Shown here piece by piece: positions 28,754 to 32,000 of a stretch of DNA of 32,000 bases (positions are counted from its first letter, which is position 1; each line of letters opens with the position of its first letter). The DNA is taken from assembly GCF_000829235.1 (NCBI RefSeq), contig NZ_AP012549.1, positions 2,250,001 through 2,282,000 on the forward strand, in the 5' to 3' direction. Made by a program: the position numbers and the translations under genes. The notes beneath the pieces were generated by a model that did not search any database, had not been told where the DNA came from, and worked only from the letters and a program-made list of their open reading frames with translations. This DNA comes from a cyanobacterium endosymbiont of Epithemia turgida isolate EtSB Lake Yunoko (GTDB taxonomy: Bacteria > Cyanobacteriota > Cyanobacteriia > Cyanobacteriales > Microcystaceae).

Positions 28754-29431
28754 CTAGGAAATGGACTGAATTTGTCCTCCTTTTAATGTCAGAATATACT
28801 TGGCGAACTGCTTAACAAATTTCTTTTGATGGCTCACCATAATTATAGTAATTTGTTCTGTTTCATTTGAATTAATTAAAGTTTCTATTAATTGCTGAGC
28901 ACGATCACTATCTAAAGCTGAAGTGGGCTCATCTAACAATAAAAGTTTAGGTTTCATCATTAACCCCCGCATAATACTCACTAATTGTCGCTGTCCTAAA
29001 GATAATTGCAATTCATTTCGAGTTAACCAATCATCAGGGATAAAAAGTTGTGATTGCCATGTATAAATTGCCTGTTCAATCTCTAGTTTAGATAACTGTT
29101 GCAATAATAAAGGATAAGCAAGGGTTTCTTCTACAGTCATCCCTAATAATTTTGGCTCTTGGGGAACTAGAACAATTTGTTGACGTAGTTTAACAACAGA
29201 AAGATTGCAGAGAGGTTGAGAATCCCATTCAATTAACCCTGATGTTGGGTCTTGTAAACGGTTAATTAGCCGTAATAGAGTAGTTTTTCCAGCACCAGAA
29301 GGACCGACAATTGCTAAGCGATCACTCTGGTTCACCTGAAAAGAAATATTAGTTAATAACTTATTTTCTTCTCTAAAATCAGTAAAACTAACCTCGGATA
29401 ATTTTAATAATGGAGTTAATTCAGAGTTCAT
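28754..29431 (-). CDS. ABC transporter ATP-binding protein with no adjacent permease
   Basis: 225 aa. Walker A GPSGAGKTT, signature LSLGQRQ, Walker B LLLLDEPTSALD, H-loop VSHQ. Confidence 0.85.
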   Translation of the reverse strand: MNSELTPLLKLSEVSFTDFREENKLLTNISFQVNQSDRLAIVGPSGAGKTTLLRLINRLQDPTSGLIEWDSQPLCNLSVVKLRQQIVLVPQEPKLLGMTVEETLAYPLLLQQLSKLEIEQAIYTWQSQLFIPDDWLTRNELQLSLGQRQLVSIMRGLMMKPKLLLLDEPTSALDSDRAQQLIETLINSNETEQITIIMVSHQKKFVKQFAKYILTLKGGQIQSIS

Positions 29432-29471
29432 AACTTATTAAGTGTAGAAGTTATTTAATAGAGATAGTTAT

Positions 29472-30130
29472 TTATTTTTTTTTTCTATCTTGAAACATTT
29501 CAGAAGCACTTTCCATACAAGCTAATATTGCTGGGAAACTTGCCATAATATCTCGTTGTTCTCCTCCTAAATATAATCGAACAAAACTCCCAATAGCCGA
29601 AACCTGAAGAATATTAATTGAAGCGGTTTCTTCTGCTTCTTCTGCCTCATTAGCTACTAACGTCGCATAATCAGTTGGTTGAACTTCCAAAACATAAAGA
29701 GTTTGTCTGGCTAATAACATTTGTACCCGTCGGTTACGATTGACTAATTGTGCTTGATATAAATCAATGTTACGAATAATTCAACTAGAAACCACCTTGA
29801 ATTTTCAACAATTGTGTCTATTAACGCCTAAAGTATCTAAAATTGCTCCTTATACAGCTTTTACTTCTTCTTGATTAGTGGAATAAATTTCGATAAGTCC
29901 ATAAAGATGTTCGATAAATTACACTTTAGGACTAACTACAATAGATTTTAAAGCGAGATCCTTAACGCGGTTACTTTCAATTCCTGGAGAAATTTAAATC
30001 CACAGTGAAGTATCCCCAGGTAAAGCTAAAAAACCTAACTTTACCATACCAATCAATGTAGACGGCATATTGAAGTTGTAATCGGTCTAAATAAACATAG
30101 CTCTGTAATTCAACTCTCAAAGTGAGATTA
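29472..30130 (-). pseudogene. ccmP: Carboxysome shell protein CcmP (tandem-BMC) pseudogene. Only the C-terminal 82 codons remain open.
   Basis: A single minus-strand frame reads [141 protein letters not shown]...[24 protein letters not shown]. This is collinear with CcmP as I recall it (LPGDASVWIEISPGIEINR...ERLYGLMEVH...[41 protein letters not shown]...[24 protein letters not shown]). At least 6 in-frame stops and no obvious frameshift. Confidence 0.85.
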
Positions 30131-30730
30131 TCCTATGTTTTTCATTGATCTTTATAAAGACACCTTAAACAAATTCCCCTAAGACTAGTGAAATAAGGAG
30201 ATTACAGATTTTACATAATAAATTAGTTTGTTTTTCTAGGTTAAAGTAGTTGTAATTCTCTAAGTTAAATCATTATTTAATATTAATTATAGGCAAAATA
30301 CAAAATTTTCTTTATTTTTTATGTTAATCAACCAAGTATAACTCAAAAAAAAATACAAAATGTAGCGATCATATCAAAATAATGTTGCTATTTCAATTAT
30401 TGAAATAGGTTATTAATTTTATTAATATATCAGCATCAATATAAATATTTAAAAATATTAGTCACGTCTTTATTGAGATATATAGTGGTCTGTATAATGT
30501 CTAAGTTTATCAGATAACTTTATTAAATAATATATATTTTTTATAAAAATAAAGATGGTAGTTAATTATTAATAATTAATTTTTTTTATAAAAAAGACAT
30601 CATACTTCAGTGTCAGGTTGCTTAGAATACAACTAATAATTGATAAAATAATTCGTCTGAGTCTACCAACTAGAGTATTTTTTCAATTCTAATTTTTTTT
30701 TAATAAACTATAAAAATAGTATTTTATTAA

Positions 30731-30772
30731 TTTTTTATGATGATTAAATTTAAATTTAATCATCATAAAAAA
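30731..30772. repeat. Perfect palindrome, 20-bp arms, 2-nt spacer
   Basis: TTTTTTATGATGATTAAATT ta AATTTAATCATCATAAAAAA. Confidence 0.9.
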
Positions 30773-31145
30773 TAGCAATATTACCAATATTTTTCTCATA
30801 ACTACTATGTCAATTTTATCCCAATAACAAATAAAAATAGCATTTAAAGTGTAAACAGAAACCCCGTAATAAACTTAATTTTTTTGTTTTAATTAAAGAA
30901 TTATAGTTAACATAATAGCCATTAATATTATTTTACTTGTCTAAAACTTGGTCCTTATACCCCATCTATTTTATTAGAAAGTATTCAATTTAAATAAAAA
31001 ATTAATAATTGTAGTAATACTCATTTATCAAAAATAAATACCAATAGAAAAAACTGCTCACTATTATTATTTTAAGGGAATAAATTTCAGAATAGTCTTC
31101 AACTTAAAATAAAACTAAATTAAAGGAACTAAAACGGAAAATATT

Positions 31146-31187
31146 GCTCAAACTGCATTGAAACAAAAATCACTATGCAGTTTGAGC
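31146..31187. repeat. Perfect hairpin, 13-bp arms, 16-nt loop
   Basis: GCTCAAACTGCAT ... ATGCAGTTTGAGC. Confidence 0.85.
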
Positions 31188-31492
31188 TAAACTACTAATG
31201 ACTAAACAGTAGACCATCTTACACAGACTGGAATGTTTTCTATATGATGGATAAAACTTGATAGATAGCACAATCAATTCAACCTAGATAAATCAATCCC
31301 CCTATGAAAAACATATAACTCGAAGTATAAATCAAGACCTCTCAAAAAAAAGTGTGATAGATCTCCTTCATAGTCATATCATTAACCGAGGCAATATTTA
31401 CTATACAATAAGCACCAAAAACGACGATAACAGCAGTAATACTAACTCATTAACTGACTAAATCTTGATTAATTTTCCTGATTTATAAGTAT

Positions 31493-31732
31493 TTAGATCT
31501 TAGGATGGCTTCTTGCGTAATAATTCGATGCTACCACCTCAAGCACTTGCCCCGATTTAAATAAAGGAAAAATACAGTTAACTCGATTTTCCCAGACTCT
31601 ATGGGCAATTTCGTCATCAGGGCAACTAATGCGATACGTGTAATCAGAGATCACGGAAAAAAAACAGCCATAAGGGAGAACAAAAGACAGAAGCAACTCA
31701 AGAGTATTTTGATGTAACTGAGAATGGATCAT
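31493..31732 (-). CDS. Hypothetical protein
   Basis: 79-aa ORF with an ATG start and higher GC than its flanks. No family recognised. Confidence 0.3.
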   Translation of the reverse strand: MIHSQLHQNTLELLLSFVLPYGCFFSVISDYTYRISCPDDEIAHRVWENRVNCIFPLFKSGQVLEVVASNYYARSHPKI

Positions 31733-32000
31733 ATAACTTTATAGTTTATTTTCCTGTTTCTTCTAGACTGAGTATGAGCAATCAGTAGCCAGTCACTCCC
31801 AAAGCCATTATGCCAACTGCATTCTATGAGCCTAAAAATTTGATTTTTCCAACGACCAAGTTTTTAGAATTTTAGAAGTTTTGCCGAGTGAAAATTTTAG
31901 CTTTTGTTTGTTATAGCGTTGCCGCAGCTAGTCTGGAAGAGTTATTTTTTAGAACTCCTACTCAATTTTATCAGGTATGTCGTTCACTATTGTCTATCTT

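Noticed and set aside
201-31187. Hairpins as MITEs, REP elements or IS remnants
   Set aside because: No two hairpins share sequence. I see no target-site duplications flanking them and no transposase in the window. The two hairpins inside acs are built from acs codons. The mobile-element explanation is therefore disfavoured, although it can only be excluded genome-wide.
31850-32000. Open plus-strand frame running off the window end (VKILAFVCYSVAAASLEELFFRTPTQFYQ...)
   Set aside because: It has only a GTG start, is about 45 codons long, is truncated by the window edge, and has no recognisable motif.

Overview
The window is AT-rich cyanobacterial chromosome. Evidence for that: petB-petD, a PerR/type-II peroxiredoxin divergent pair arranged as in Synechocystis slr1738/sll1621, a CcmP remnant, and one HIP1 site. 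Intact housekeeping genes alternate with decaying DNA.

Intact features:
- gatC and SRP RNA (ffs)
- a four-gene GldA/GldF/GldG-like ABC-2 module plus a DUF4340-like ORF
- a copper P-type ATPase
- an MsbA-like ABC exporter
- perR and prx
- an NFACT/RqcH homologue
- tRNA-Pro(GGG) and tRNA-Arg(UCU)
- petB and petD
- a pentapeptide-repeat protein
- a UDG-superfamily protein
- a lone ABC ATPase

I could read three clear pseudogenes by eye: acetyl-CoA synthetase (6824-8540), a MerR-type regulator directly upstream of the copper ATPase (13000-13400), and the carboxysome shell gene ccmP (29472-30130, at least 6 in-frame stops). Several 0.7-1.8 kb tracts have no ORFs and are roughly 80% A+T.

This pattern fits a genome under reductive evolution, for example an endosymbiotic relative of Cyanothece/Crocosphaera. 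That is an inference, not a demonstrated identification.

I found no transposase, integrase, CRISPR array or recognisable defence or novel multi-gene system.

The most unusual signal is structural. At least 15 long, perfectly matched hairpins have arms of 13-30 bp, and each has a unique sequence. All lie in non-coding or pseudogene DNA. Two sit inside the acs pseudogene, where the arms can be read as ancestral acs codons. This suggests in-situ template-switch (quasi-palindrome) mutation rather than mobile-element insertion.

All coordinates were counted by hand and may be off by 1-2 nt.
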